Below, one piece after another: positions 24,201 through 36,950 of a stretch of DNA of 64,000 nt. The notes beneath the pieces are model-generated. The model made no database searches, was not told where the DNA came from, and saw only the letters and a list, made by a program, of their open reading frames with translations. Both the position numbers and the translations under genes were made by a program. The DNA comes from Camelus dromedarius (Eukaryota): the NCBI RefSeq assembly GCF_036321535.1, contig NC_087436.1, forward strand, positions 59,832,001-59,896,000. The letters run 5' to 3'. The first letter of the stretch is position 1, and each line of letters begins with the position of its first letter.

Positions 24201-27044
24201 ATCTCATGTGAAAAATAAGCAAGCAAATGAACAAAAACAGAAATTGAAAAACAAGTCGTACCTACAATTACACCAAGAATCATTTATATTTTCACTTTTA
24301 AAATATATCTGATATGACTGATTCATTTTAATTACACACAACTTGTAGTGAACTATAAAGTTATTCTTAAAGGTTTTTTATTTTCTTTTAGTGTCTTTCA
24401 TGCTATTTTCTCTAAGACCAAGAAGAATAAAATGAAATATAAAAATTAGAATTCATGTTATGTGTAACAGCATTTTAGTTATAATAAAATTTTTAAAGAT
24501 TTACCAGGTTTCAGTTGTGAACAAGCCTGGTGTCTGGCACATATTAGGCTGACTCAGTACATAATTGTATAACTGAAGTGGAATAAATGAATACAATAAT
24601 GAGTGAGTGAACAAAACATAATTCTTTGCAATAATCTATACCTACAGTTCTCATTTGTACACAGGAAATTTTCTGCACGGTGGATTGTTATGTATTGCAG
24701 GACTGCCAACCACAGCTTGAAATTTCCCAGCACTCTTACAATAAAATAATTAAACTAACAGTTTTATAATCCCTTTTAATTAGGTTGCTGCTTCTTTGAA
24801 CCTGTTTGTCCAATCATGTATCTAAACATCAATAAAGACTGGAAAATCTTTCAGAAACCACACCAGTGTGAAGTCCTATGATTAATTTCCAGAAATTACT
24901 GAGGTTCTGAGGATTACTGCTTAACATTTACACGTGGAAGGATCATTGCCATCTCAGATAGTAAGAAGTGGCCATATGCAAAAATGTATTTAGAATATAA
25001 AATTAGCCATTTGTTTTATACTTCAAAGGTTCGGATCCATTCTTAATTCCAACAAGAGAGAGAATGATGGTATTACTTCACAGTTATGGGAAGCATCCAC
25101 ATTGTGTACAGCAGAGCAATAGTAGCTGATGTTACAGAGATTAATAGGATTTTGTCACTGACCTCAAGAGGCTCACCACGATTATTAACTTCTCAGTAAT
25201 TGATACTGAAAAATAACAACTAATATTCTTTCACATACAAAAACCAAATCCATTTATCTTGAAACATTTTATTTCTATGTGAAAAACAGTGGGCTACAGT
25301 AATCAAAACCATTCTTAATTGGTTGGTGCCTGGGGTTTACAATTGTTAAAGTATTTTGAATATCAGTGTTTTTAATAATAGACTATGAATGGGCCAAAAA
25401 TACTCCTGCATCTCTGGACAAGTTCACCTAAAAAAAAAAAAAAATCCATGTAATTGACAAGAAAAGGAGCAAAGTCTCTGATATGAGGTCGTAGTTCTTC
25501 TAGCACAGACAACCTGTAAAAAGGCCAGGAGGGCAGAGCTAGGATCAGGTGCTCTCTTCTTGCATCAGCAGAGCTCATGAGATAATACAAGTCATGTACT
25601 TTAGAATATATAGCTCTCTGTCTCCCAACACTATGAATTATTATTGTTTCTGAAGAAGCATGCTTTATATCAAAAAAGATAGTCCCTTAACTCCACACAC
25701 GCACACACACAAAGGGTAAGATACTGAGGCCCCACACAGTGGTTCATTAATCACCATAACTACCGCAAACAAAAAACAAAAACAATGTAATCTCCACTGA
25801 GCACATTCATATACACTTTGCCCTGTCTGTGTCAACTCCACAAGTCTTTGGTAGAATTGCTCAGTAATATTTGTACTTGCCTTGTTGCTTATAAATGCTA
25901 CCCAAGTCTTTATAATTTAAAATTTAGTAACATTTAGATAAAGTCGCACTGAGATTTGTGAATTTTTCTCACTCCATAAGTATCAAAATAATAAAGCTTT
26001 TGAGTAAAATTAACAGCAAAACTCATGACCATTACATTAAATATATTCTTGAAAGTTTCACCTTGAGACTAGAGAGTTGTAATTGGTATTTGAAACATTT
26101 GACTATGCTTCAATAAAATTTTAAAAAAAATAAAAATAAAACATTTGACTTAAACTACTATGGTAAATTGGCTCTGCATTTTTGTCACTCGGATCCCTTG
26201 TGTGAAAGGAATTTTCTAGCAAGCTACTTCAAAAGTTCTGCTGCAATTCTATTTTTAGTATGACAGACAAGCTTAATGGGAAAATATATATCTTGACATA
26301 AACCATAGAGTGATTAAAGAATTTTTCCTTACCAGGAAGAAAAAATGAAAGTATTTTCCTGATTTTTTTTCTCATTTGGTTATAACTGGCCCTATCATTT
26401 TGATAGTGAGAAATTTTCTTCCCACCCACATTTATTCTTCAAATCACTTGGAAACTTCCCAATATAATGGCCCAAATGACTAACAAAATACAAAATCATG
26501 CCAGTTACAAAGGATTGATGCTATTATCTGTCATAGGAACTACTTATTTAGTGCACTGACACCTTTCCTTACAGTGAGTATCTGTGGCCATAAGGGATCT
26601 CAGTGATTTGCATTTTATAATGTGGCTATGATTTCTGAAGTAGATTTCCAAGGAGTGAAAAGCAAAAGTAATCTCTATTTGTCCAGCATAATAAATGCAT
26701 ATGCATACAACTGCCTTCCAAAGCTTCATAAGTAAATTTGCAGAAAATAATGCTATGTTTTAAGAAGCCTTACTTTGGGAAACTTATTGTCATTTAAACC
26801 TCATTTCAAAAAGGGCCAGGTCATTTATGGCAAATTAAATCTTAGCTTTGAAGACTTCAAAGACAAGCACAAAGGTATGAACCTGTATTAATGAACTGGC
26901 TTCCCAGAACCTAATAAAACTGTCTGTTTAAGGAACTAACTATAAAAAGTCTATTGTTGATGAATAAACTATGCATTTGCTCATGGTCTCTTTCAAAATA
27001 GATCGTTTATATGAAAGTGTCATTTTAGGGGAAAAAAAACAACT

Positions 27045-27593
27045 TGTTATTGGGCTGTGCTTCACAGTCCTGCAATCCTTGCAGCTGCCCAGCCGTGAAA
27101 CTGAAGAAAGAACCCAAAGTCAGCGACAGAGACATTAGTGATTTATTGGACAGGGAATATTACAAGTTAGAAGCAAAGGTCCTGGAGAAACACCCCACCG
27201 TGTACTACCGATGGCAGGCAGGACACAGCAGTGATGTTTGCTACCTGGGGGAGGAGGCTATCAGTTATAGGGGGCATGACACTAGAAGGGCTCGTAGGTT
27301 GCCAGATGACTGCTGGAGCACGCCTCTCACAGCTCTGAGTTAGCACCTGTCGTGAGGGCTGCTGTTGCCTGTTGATGAGGGAACATACTGGATCCATTCT
27401 GGTCCAAAGGCTAAAATAATCTTTAGCTGGGGGTTGGCCAAGCATGCAGGTAGTTATTGGTTAAACTGTCAGCTTAGGAAGAGGAGGCAATCATGAACAT
27501 AAGGTAAGGGTGAGGAAGGGTCAGATTGGACAGGGGATGGACAGACAGCATGACAGCAGCCATCTTATGGGGCTTGTATCCGAAATTATTTCA
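27045..27593 (-). mobile_element. Solo LTR, ERV-type, family not recognised (probably lineage-specific)
   Basis: A GC-richer block with TG...CA ends (minus strand TGAAATAATTTCGG...CCAATAACA). The minus strand has TATAA near 27265-27269, then AATAAA at 27147-27142 followed by a GT/T-rich tract. Flanks caact/taatt are a degenerate possible TSD. Confidence 0.7.
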
Positions 27594-27879
27594 TAATTTC
27601 ATATTTAGCTGTACTTTTGGCAGGGATGAAATAAATATCCATCCTTCCACAGTAGTATAGTAGTGGTTATAAGAACTGGGTGATATTGACATGTAAATTC
27701 ATATCATTTTACATTGAGATGAATTCACATGTGAGAAGGATTATGCTACTAGCTGAACTGATAGGTAGAGCAAAGGCAAAATATGGGGAAAGACCAGATA
27801 AAATCCTTACGTCTTAACAAAACCAAAAAGGTTAACTAGCAACTGTTTACCTCACATACCTCATCTTATAACAACTGCT

Positions 27880-28140
27880 TCCTAGTTTTTTGAGTTCCAA
27901 TTACACTGTCCTTCATTCAGGCACTGAAATGTGCCAAGCTCCATTCTGCCTCAGGAACTTTGCACGTGTTTTTCTATCTGCATGAAAAAGCATTGCTTAT
28001 CCACCTTCAGGTCTCATTTTAAAATACATCACTTCATCAGGAAACCTCCTTTGCATCTAGTACTCCACCCTTCAAACATAGGCCAGTTCCTCTTTTCCAT
28101 GCTGTGCCTTCCTTTATAGCATTTATCCCAGATGCAGTGT
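27880..28140 (+). mobile_element. L2 fragment
   Basis: tgccaagctccattctgcctcaggaactttgcacgtg...catcacttcatcaggaaacctcct. Confidence 0.65.
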
Positions 28141-28149
28141 AAAAAAATA

Positions 28150-28860
28150 ATTTGAGGAGACCCTTGAGAACACATTGGACTAAGCTGTCCTACACTCTAC
28201 CTCGTGTTCTAAATGCAGCGAAACACTGGATAAATTATAATCATGTTTATTTTTAAACATATTGTAGTACAGGAGGAAAAGACAGAAAAATTTCCAGGCG
28301 CCAAAGGGCAAAATTAAAACAGCAATAGTTATATGAGTTGCCACTGTGGTGGTTTCAGGGTGTTGAACTTGGATACAGCCTGTAAAAACAAGCTGGAGTT
28401 TTCATGTTTATGCAGACACAAAAGAGTACCTGCCACTGACAAAGAAGCTGTGCAATGCTAGGAGAGATGAGACTTCCAAACTTAAAAAAACTCTGAAAAA
28501 ATCAATCTGATCTACTTGTGAATTAACTGCCTGCTACAACAACTCTTCTTTCTCTAAAGAAAGACAGTAAAATACAGACTCTCAAAAATATGTAAGCCAC
28601 AATGTCTGGCAAATGAATAGATATGCAAAGCAGCAGAAAACAATCCATAGACACTATGAGATGACCCTTATATGGGAATTAGCAGACAAGGATTTTAAGC
28701 AGCTATGATAAATATGTTCAAAGTCTTAAAAGAAAAAGTGAACACAATGAATAAATAGATGTTTACTCTCATCAGAGAAATAAAAACTATTAAAAAATAA
28801 CTAAAATGGAAACTCAATTCTAGAATTAATTGATATAATTTCTGAATGGAAAAAATTATT
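28150..28860 (+). mobile_element. Old L1 5'/ORF1-region remnant
   Basis: ggaattagcagacaaggattttaagcagctatgataaatatgttcaaag...aattctagaa. Confidence 0.6.
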
Positions 28861-28861
28861 A

Positions 28862-29345
28862 TAGCAGGTATTGTTGGCTGCTTGTCCCTATTCACTCATA
28901 CTACCTTCCTGACTCTTTAAAACAAAAGCAAAAAAACCAAAACCAAAACACTCTGTAATTTGTTCAAATGCTGGCTCTCCTATGGCTCCAAGAAATGACA
29001 GGCAATCTGGTGGGAATCTTCAAGGAACTGTTTCCTCTCTGGTAAAAGGAGACCCACAGAAAAGAGATGGCCATCTTTCCTGTACATATTTTGGCTTGAT
29101 GTACTACTTGGAACTATTGGTGTACTCTGCAAACAGGCAAAAACTCAGCTGTGGGAAAACCAAAAAGTAAAAAAGTTGGGTAGGCCTGCCTCCATATAAT
29201 GTCACTATTTCTCTCAGTTATTCAACACTAGAGACTTGCTATCTCTAGATTTCTTGTTAGAGAAGATAACATATTTTTTGACTGTTTAATGAACTTTGAG
29301 TTAGGTTTTTCTCTAACTTGAAGCAGAAAGCATTCTAACTAGTAT
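28862..29345 (+). mobile_element. Old MaLR LTR (MLT1J/K-like)
   Basis: 3' end tctagatttcttgttag...tgtttaa...gagttaggtttttctctaacttgaagcagaaagcattctaactagta. Confidence 0.6.
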
Positions 29346-32300
29346 CACCACTAAATTATAAATTCCAATAAGAACAGTAAATCTAGAAATAACAGCAGGA
29401 TAACAAGTTAATTGTGTATTTGTTTAATGACTATATTTGAGACTAGCAATTCAAAGGAAATATGAATAGCGCTTATTTTTCTTGTTCATTAATGTATCCA
29501 CAAAACCTTGCACAATTGTATGCAATGCTCATATCAAAAGAATAATCAAATTTAGTGCTAGCAAAAGCATTATAGGTCTAGTTTAACATTCCTATTTAAT
29601 ATATAAGGAGCTCAAACTTAAATTTATTTTCTAAGGATCTAAGCTAGAAGGTGTGGAATCCTGGTCTCCTGACTTCTAGTCCAGCGCTCTTTTCTCCATA
29701 TTGCATCATCTTTTAATAGGGTTAAAATTTAAAATATACTTGCATTTATCTATGCTGTTTTCACTGAAGCTGAAATAGTGAAATGTTAGGTTATAATCGC
29801 AGGGAATTACAAAGGACTGCTACTCCCTAGAAAAGTTAGAATTTCCTTCTTGGAAATTTTCAAGAAAGTAGATATTCTATGAGTGTAAACCTGCTCATAC
29901 AAACTTCGAAAGTAGTTGTTTAGCCTTGAAAAGAAAAGACTGAGTTGATTGTCTTTGTTCAGCAACTTTTCACTATGCCATTAATGTCATGCATAGTTTT
30001 CCCTTTCATTCTCTACTTTTGTTTTCACACGTGATTTAAGATCCAGTTTAAGGATCATTTCACTTAGGAAAAGAACTAGAATGAATGAATGCAGGGATGA
30101 AAATACAATAAAGTTCAGGAAACAATGATTCAAATTATTGTTTTAAAAATCCCATGTGCGTACATTCATATAAAGATATACACCAAAATCTTTGTGCACA
30201 TTTATACATCTTTCATTTTGTAATTTCTCACTTAATTGTAGATACTGTAAGTTTTAAGTATGCTATGATTGAATTAATAGTATATTTGGTTTTCTTTCCC
30301 AGAGCACTCAAGCCGTCAGAAAGTTAAGGGCACAGAATCAACAAAAACATTTTATACAGATGGAGATCAAATTTTTATTTATTTTTCCCTGATATTGTAC
30401 AAGTGATTCTCAATTTAGAAAAACTCATAGACTGGCTGGTCTTCCTGTGTCTAACAGATATCAACCAAAAGTTTTTAAAAATCTTAAATTTCTTCTTTCT
30501 AGTTTCCCAGGCAATTCATCATACAAACAACGTCAATTCTCTGATATGTTTGCAGACTCTTACATTCAACATTTTCCTTATACATATCTCTTTTTGGGGG
30601 GAGTCAGGAAAAATTTCCCACCCTCTCATCCAGCACACCATGGAAGTGATTTTATTTGGAAAATTCTGAACTATACAAGGAAAACAAATTAAAGTTGAAT
30701 AAAATCTGATTTTTGAGGAATAATTATCTCACTATGACACTAAAGAACTTTTTAAAACTGTTCAATTTCATTGTAGTAAATTGTTGCTAAATTTACTTTC
30801 AAATGCATGTATAAAGATGAAAATCATCTAAAAATGGGAAAGAGTTTTACTGTATTATTTTATTCTAGTTAATGTCTTGATTGTGGTAGTATTCTATAAG
30901 TGTATTTTAGATACAAGGCAATTTTTATAGTTATCTATGATACACATTTTATAGTTACCTACTAGAGTACTTACACATTATAATTAATTTGAAGTATTTT
31001 TAGTGGAAGAAATACACAGGAAAAGTTATTATTTAATTTATATTTGCCTTTAAAAGTAATCTTTTCTAAAGTCACAAACTCAAGCTCTAATATGACTTGC
31101 CTTATAATTAAACTTCTTTCTTTTTTAAAATAAAATTCTTTTCAACAAGTTTCATGTTTGTAGTATAACAGAATAAAAACGTATAAGCCATCATTTTTAG
31201 AGATGTAAATTGTGTTTTTGAAAGTAATTTTTTTCCCAGTGCTATTTGTTACCTGCCCTCTTCCCTTCAATACGAGGATCGTAAGTCACAAAAGTACCAA
31301 GGTCTTGCTTCAGATCCACATCATGTAGGGAATTTGATTCATCTTTCAGAACCAAACTACCACCATAAACCTTATCCTATTTCATTATTGCATAATATAT
31401 TTAGAACCTGACGTTATTTTAAGAACTTGTGTGCAAAATTTTCCTTTTATGACCATTTAAGGAGAACACATCATGGGCTTTTTAATATAATTTACAAGAA
31501 TGTTTATTTAAAAAGTTACTGTATACTTGCTTGCAATAATTTGCATATATCAGAAACTTCTTAGAAAATAAAACAAAAATATAGAATGTCTTTAATTTGC
31601 CTCTAAGAATTTAAGTAACCTTTATAAAATGCAATTTTTAAAAAATATAAGCAGCAAAGGTCAATTACAATAAAGTTCTGATACATACCATTGAAGATAT
31701 GCTAAAATTTATACAATCTACAGTCAATTACCTAGTTTTAAAAGATTTTTCTATGCCCTTTACCTTTTAAAAGTATTCAAAATTCTTAACAATCTAAGTG
31801 TAATAAGTGTTAGCCATGAAAGTATAATCCAGGAAGTAGTGCTTCCAAACAGAAAATCAATTGTTGCCCTGTAACTTGGCATAAAGGAAATACCTAAAAT
31901 TATTAGCATAATACACAGAGGCAAGGAAACTGTAAAACCTCCAACATTTTCTGAAGCTAAAAGACTTGGAGATTATGACTTTGAGTAAATTTTTAGAGCC
32001 ACAACTTTACCAATTTGAGAAAAATTAGTAAAACCTACATCAAGCTTATCAACAAAATTTCCCAGATTCTGTTCTTGAAGTGAATAACAAAAGGCACTGT
32101 GATGGTTTATATTCAATTTCAACTAGAAAAATAAGATTTTCCACATTACACAAAATCAAGTATTTCCAAATACCTTGACAAACTTACACATACACAAAAA
32201 TCGCCTGGCTTACTACTCATATATGGATTCCAGGACTGTATCTCCAGCCCACTGGGTCATACTCTTGTCTTGCTAGCTTTAGCAAGACAAACAAATCATG

Positions 32301-32841
32301 TAGTGCAATAGCAGAATAGGTTAGACATATCTTATCATGCTTACTCGCCATAATTTTCCCCAGGATACATATGAGTTTTGACATCATGTGGCTAATTTAT
32401 ACTTATCCTTTAAGCCTAAATTAGTGCACCCCCTCTCCCAGGAAGTCCTCTCCAATCCTTCACACTACCTCAGGCTGCATTAATTGCCTCTTCCTTTTGG
32501 TCCAATAACACCAAAGAAGCTGAGACTCTTTTTGGTGATCTTTATATTTCCAAGTTTCTGTTGAATAAATTAATATATGGCAATTTCACATACACTATAC
32601 ACATGTGCTAAGAATTCTAGTGTATTAATCCTAAATAACAGATTTACATATCACAATTTCCCATGGAGCACTTTCAGATTTACCTTTGGAGCCTTATCAA
32701 GGTGAAACTCTTAAACGTAGTCATTACATTAGAGGTAGATAAAGAAAGAAGAGAATAATATCAAGTAGAATTAAAACAACAACAATGACAGAAATAATTA
32801 TAATAGAAAGTAGTTTGGAGTATGAATATAGATATCAAGTA

Positions 32842-33129
32842 CCATTGCCCCTTGGTATCTGCACTACATGGTTCCAGGAACCTGGGCAGGTATCAAAATC
32901 CATGTATGCTAAGTATGCTTGAGTTCCACAGTCGCCCTCCAAATCTATGCTTCCCACATCCCAGGATTCAACCAACCCTGGATCAGGTATTCTTTGTGAT
33001 GCTGGGTTGGTTGAATCCACAGATGTGAAAACCATAGATGTGCAGGGCCAACTATATATTTATTTAAAAAAAAAATCCTTGTATGATGGACCAGCACAGT
33101 TCAAACCCATGTTGTTCAAGGGTCAACTA
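32842..33129 (+). mobile_element. MER8/Tigger2-family MITE
   Basis: Ends ccattgccccttggtatc...tggttccagga and gttcaaacccatgttgttcaagggtcaacta. TA at 32840-32841 and 33130-33131. Confidence 0.8.
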
Positions 33130-33549
33130 TAGTTGCACAAGAATAAAGTGTAATAGGAATTTTCATAGCTTCTGGGTTTAAATCTAGTTCCTCCTGAGAA
33201 TGGAGATTCTTGTTCTTGGGGAGAACTATTTTAGGTAACATAAAGTTGTAGTGGAAGTACAATTGTTTGAGTGAGGAAAATCTCATTTTTAATAATATAG
33301 CAAACAATGTGTAGTATGCAACTTATTTTGAAGATCATTCCTACTAAATGAAAAATACTTAAGTAGGTTCTAGCCAGTAAGTTGTCCCAAAGCCTAATTC
33401 TAGACACTAAGTGCCTTTTGGAATCATAAGCATTGAAGAGTTACAACTCTGTGCCTGAAATTAGATTAAGGAAAATTAGAAAGTATCTGAAGATTAATAA
33501 GCTGGTAATCAATAAGTAAGCATTGTTTTCTTCAATTACCAGCTGCAAT

Positions 33550-34129
33550 TATTAGAGGAGGCAGATAGCTAGATATGAGCAGAGAAAGAGGGGTCATGGG
33601 CCAAATGGCAGGAAACCATACATCTTGTGAACAATGGGGGACCTTGGACAGACAGAAAAGCAGAAACCTCCAAACTGGTAAGAAATCACATGTTTTGGGG
33701 TGACAGGTGTCCTGGAGACAAACAAAGAAAGGTGGTAAAAGGTGGGAAACTCTGGCATCCGAATATAACCTTTTGCTCATTATGTCCTTATTACAATAAA
33801 ATTAGCCTTGCAGATAGGAAGTATCCATCATGCAGCGAGGCCATGACACTTCCCATCAAAATTATATAAGGACAAAAATCCCTCCCTCCCTCGGGAAGGT
33901 GGAGAGGGGATGAAAATCAGGGAATACGACCCCAAACTTCTCCCTCCCCAATGAATATTCCGCCCATTCATTTTTATACCCTATGTAACCAGTTTGCCAA
34001 AGAAACTCAGGGCAGTACTCACTCTCGAGTGTCCTATCCCATAACAAACCCTCACTTTACTTTCTTGACCCCCGTGTCTCATTTCTGAATTCCTTCTGCA
34101 ACGAGACAAGAACCTACTCTCTGGTAATG
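33550..34129 (+). mobile_element. ERV1-type solo LTR, copy 1 of a family present twice
   Basis: Alignable end to end with 51345-51999. The 4-bp flanks are caat/taat. Confidence 0.8.
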
Positions 34130-36379
34130 TAATTATATTCTAAGTAATATCACTTTTTAAGATAACTAGTAGTCAATCATGATATTATATACCGTGATTA
34201 ATATACTGTGAACTATAATTCAGTTAAGAGAAACTAGAGATATCTTTCATTTTGGGTTACAAGGCCACAGTCTGCTCTTGATGGTCAGTTGAAACTGCAG
34301 CTGCAGTGCACAGCAAACAGAACACAGCTGCTCTGTGTACCCAATCCTGTAACAGATTGTCCCTGTGTGATATAAAGCACAATATGGACTTGGCAGGGGG
34401 CAGCTAAAAATACAATTGCTTTTTATTTTTAACAAAGTATTAATAATCAAATATGCCTTTTAAAAAAAAGTTTAAGTCTTTAGGAGCTTGTGTGTTGTAT
34501 TAGCATAATAATAGCTGAGTAATCCTAGTAAAGAATCCTGCTAACTTTGTGTAAGACTGTATTTCCTAAACTTAAATATTCATTCGTTTATTCTTTCAAT
34601 AATTACTTATTGAGCACTCATAATAACTATTAACATCCTAAGGAATTAGATTTGTAAAATATTACAGTAAATAATTTCCTATAGTAAATAATTTGGCTTA
34701 TGACAAAATTGTCTCCAAGAAAGGTGCTGAATTTATTTCAAATCTCTATGCTACATGGTAAAATAATAAACATTATAATAGTGAAAGTATAGTCTCAACA
34801 TATAGAACCATCAAATGGTGCTGATTCTAAAAATGTAGACTTTAAAAATAAACGTAATCATAAATGGACAAGAAAGGCAAAACGTGTCAATATTTTTTCT
34901 CTCTGAAACAGAGAACCACTAAAGTTGTCATAAATAACAGGCCAGATTATCTGTGTAAATGCAAAGTGTATCACACAGTTTATGCATAGATTATACATCA
35001 TACAAGTGTCAAGGTATAAATATCTTCTGCAAGGAACAAACAAAAAATCCTTGAGGCCAGTAAGAGAATCTGAGACTAGACCTTGAAAGGAATGACATTA
35101 AGACAGAGTGTCATACCTAAACTGATTTAAATGATTCAGTTTAAAGTTGCTGAATTACCTTTCCATTATTCATCAGTATAACATGAACATAGACAAATAC
35201 TACAACCATACATATATAAACAGGAAATGTGGCCATAAATCACAAGGTTAGATAAGTCAGAAGCTGCAAAATGTTTTAGGTTTCTGTTGATGAATCTTTT
35301 TCTAACTCCTGTCAGGAAGACACAGACACTTAGATTGTTGGACTCTATCTTTGTCTCCAATATATTCCCCTTTGAATGTTATCTCAGTTTCTTTCTTTCT
35401 ATGCTGAAGTGAACTTGACATTTAAAACCAGATTAACAGTGGGTGCTGGTGGCCTAGGATGGTTTCTCTTTTACACAAGCAGCAGAAACACAGATTGGTA
35501 TCAATGTTCAATTGTCTTTGAACCAGAGATGAGGATGAAAAAGAAAATACCCACTCCTTTTCTTTACGCAACCTATGAAGAACTGATAAAAAAAAAACCC
35601 TCCATTTTGCTCTTTGCTCTCCAGAGACAACGATGTATTTAAGGAAGGATAACAGGGAAAAAGAAATTCCTCAGATAAAAATCAAGTTCCATTCCTAAAA
35701 CAAGTCTTCCCAAAATGACTATATGAAGTTGTTTTATATCTACTTGATGCCTGAAAAAAAGTGTTTTCTTTAGTGAATGGTCTTAATTGTGTCCTTAATG
35801 TACCACCTTTTAATATATTTTAATGGTCAACTAAGATATCAATAATCTACAGAAGAGGAACTTAAAGGACAGAGACTGAACAGGATGCAAAAAGCAAAAC
35901 CGAGCTTTAAATAGAAAGATTTTGGCTCTAAAGTCTGTGTCCTAACCCCTCTGTTCCCTCCAGAGACAGCTGCTTGGCAAAAATTCAGTGAGCTCCCTCA
36001 GCCAGACTCTAAAGGGCATACATACAGATTGAAAAATATAAGCTAATTCTTACCTCAGAGTAATTTCTATTATCTTTTTATTTCTCTTTTCATCCAAAAC
36101 TTTTTTATCTTATTCTTCAATAGTTTCATAGGAGAGTAGGAAGCTATACTATAATAATTTATATTGGGAAATTGACCTGAAAATAATTTTGGTTTTTAAA
36201 AAAAGTTCCCCAGAATCACTGAAGTGAACAATTTGGGGATATTTTCTTACAGGAAACTTCTTAGAAACCAGTCAGAGTAGTGTTAGAATGGATTCTGTTT
36301 TTGTTTTTTTATGTGAGTATCTGTGTGCGTATAAAGAAATTCTCCCCCTTCCTATGCTAAAAATGCCTTTATTTTTCTT

Positions 36380-36950
36380 TGAGAAAGCCCCTCCTCTCCT
36401 CCATGACTGCATGCAATCAACATGGGATTGCTGAACAAGGTCCCCTCATCTCTTGTTTCGTGTGGTCACATGACTTGGCCTACAAACAAACTCTGGTTCC
36501 CAGAAATACGAAACTTGAGCAACACAGCACAGGGACAGAAAACCACAGTAGCTAATGTGTTCTCATGGTGGAGCCTTGAAGATCTTATCCATTCATTCCT
36601 GAAACCCAGGGCCGAATTCACGGGCTTGCATCTTCTGCAGGGACACAAGATCTGGCTTTTAGAAGGGTTCTACTTTTGGCTTAATACTCTGCTGTTATCA
36701 TCTTGAAACTCCCAATTTCCAGACAAGGAGCCTTGCATTTTTACTTTTTTCTGGGCTCTGCAGACCGTGTAGATGGCCCTGCTCTCTTATCCCTGACATT
36801 ACTATGTGCTAGATCTTCTTGAAGCCTGTTTAGTGTTTGGCTTTCCCTTTATTTCTGTGAGCTATTTCATATCCTTACAATGATTTTTTTTTTCTTAATG
36901 AAGTGAGCAAAATTAGGCTTCTGGGGCTTGTGTCAGAGAACCCTGTGTTT
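36380..36950 (+). mobile_element. Old MaLR-type LTR interrupted by MER45A
   Basis: ggtcacatgacttggcc near the 5' end and aattaggcttctggggcttgtgtcagagaaccctg at the 3' end. Confidence 0.45.
36607..36781 (+). mobile_element. MER45A (hAT-Tip100 MITE)
   Basis: TIRs cagggcc...ggccctg, with internal ttaatactctgctgttatcatcttgaaa and caaggagccttgcattttt. Confidence 0.75.

Noticed and set aside
27044..27445. Overlapping 99-aa and 92-aa ORFs as a small gene
   Set aside because: They lie wholly within an LTR-like block where higher GC lengthens chance ORFs. There is no domain similarity.
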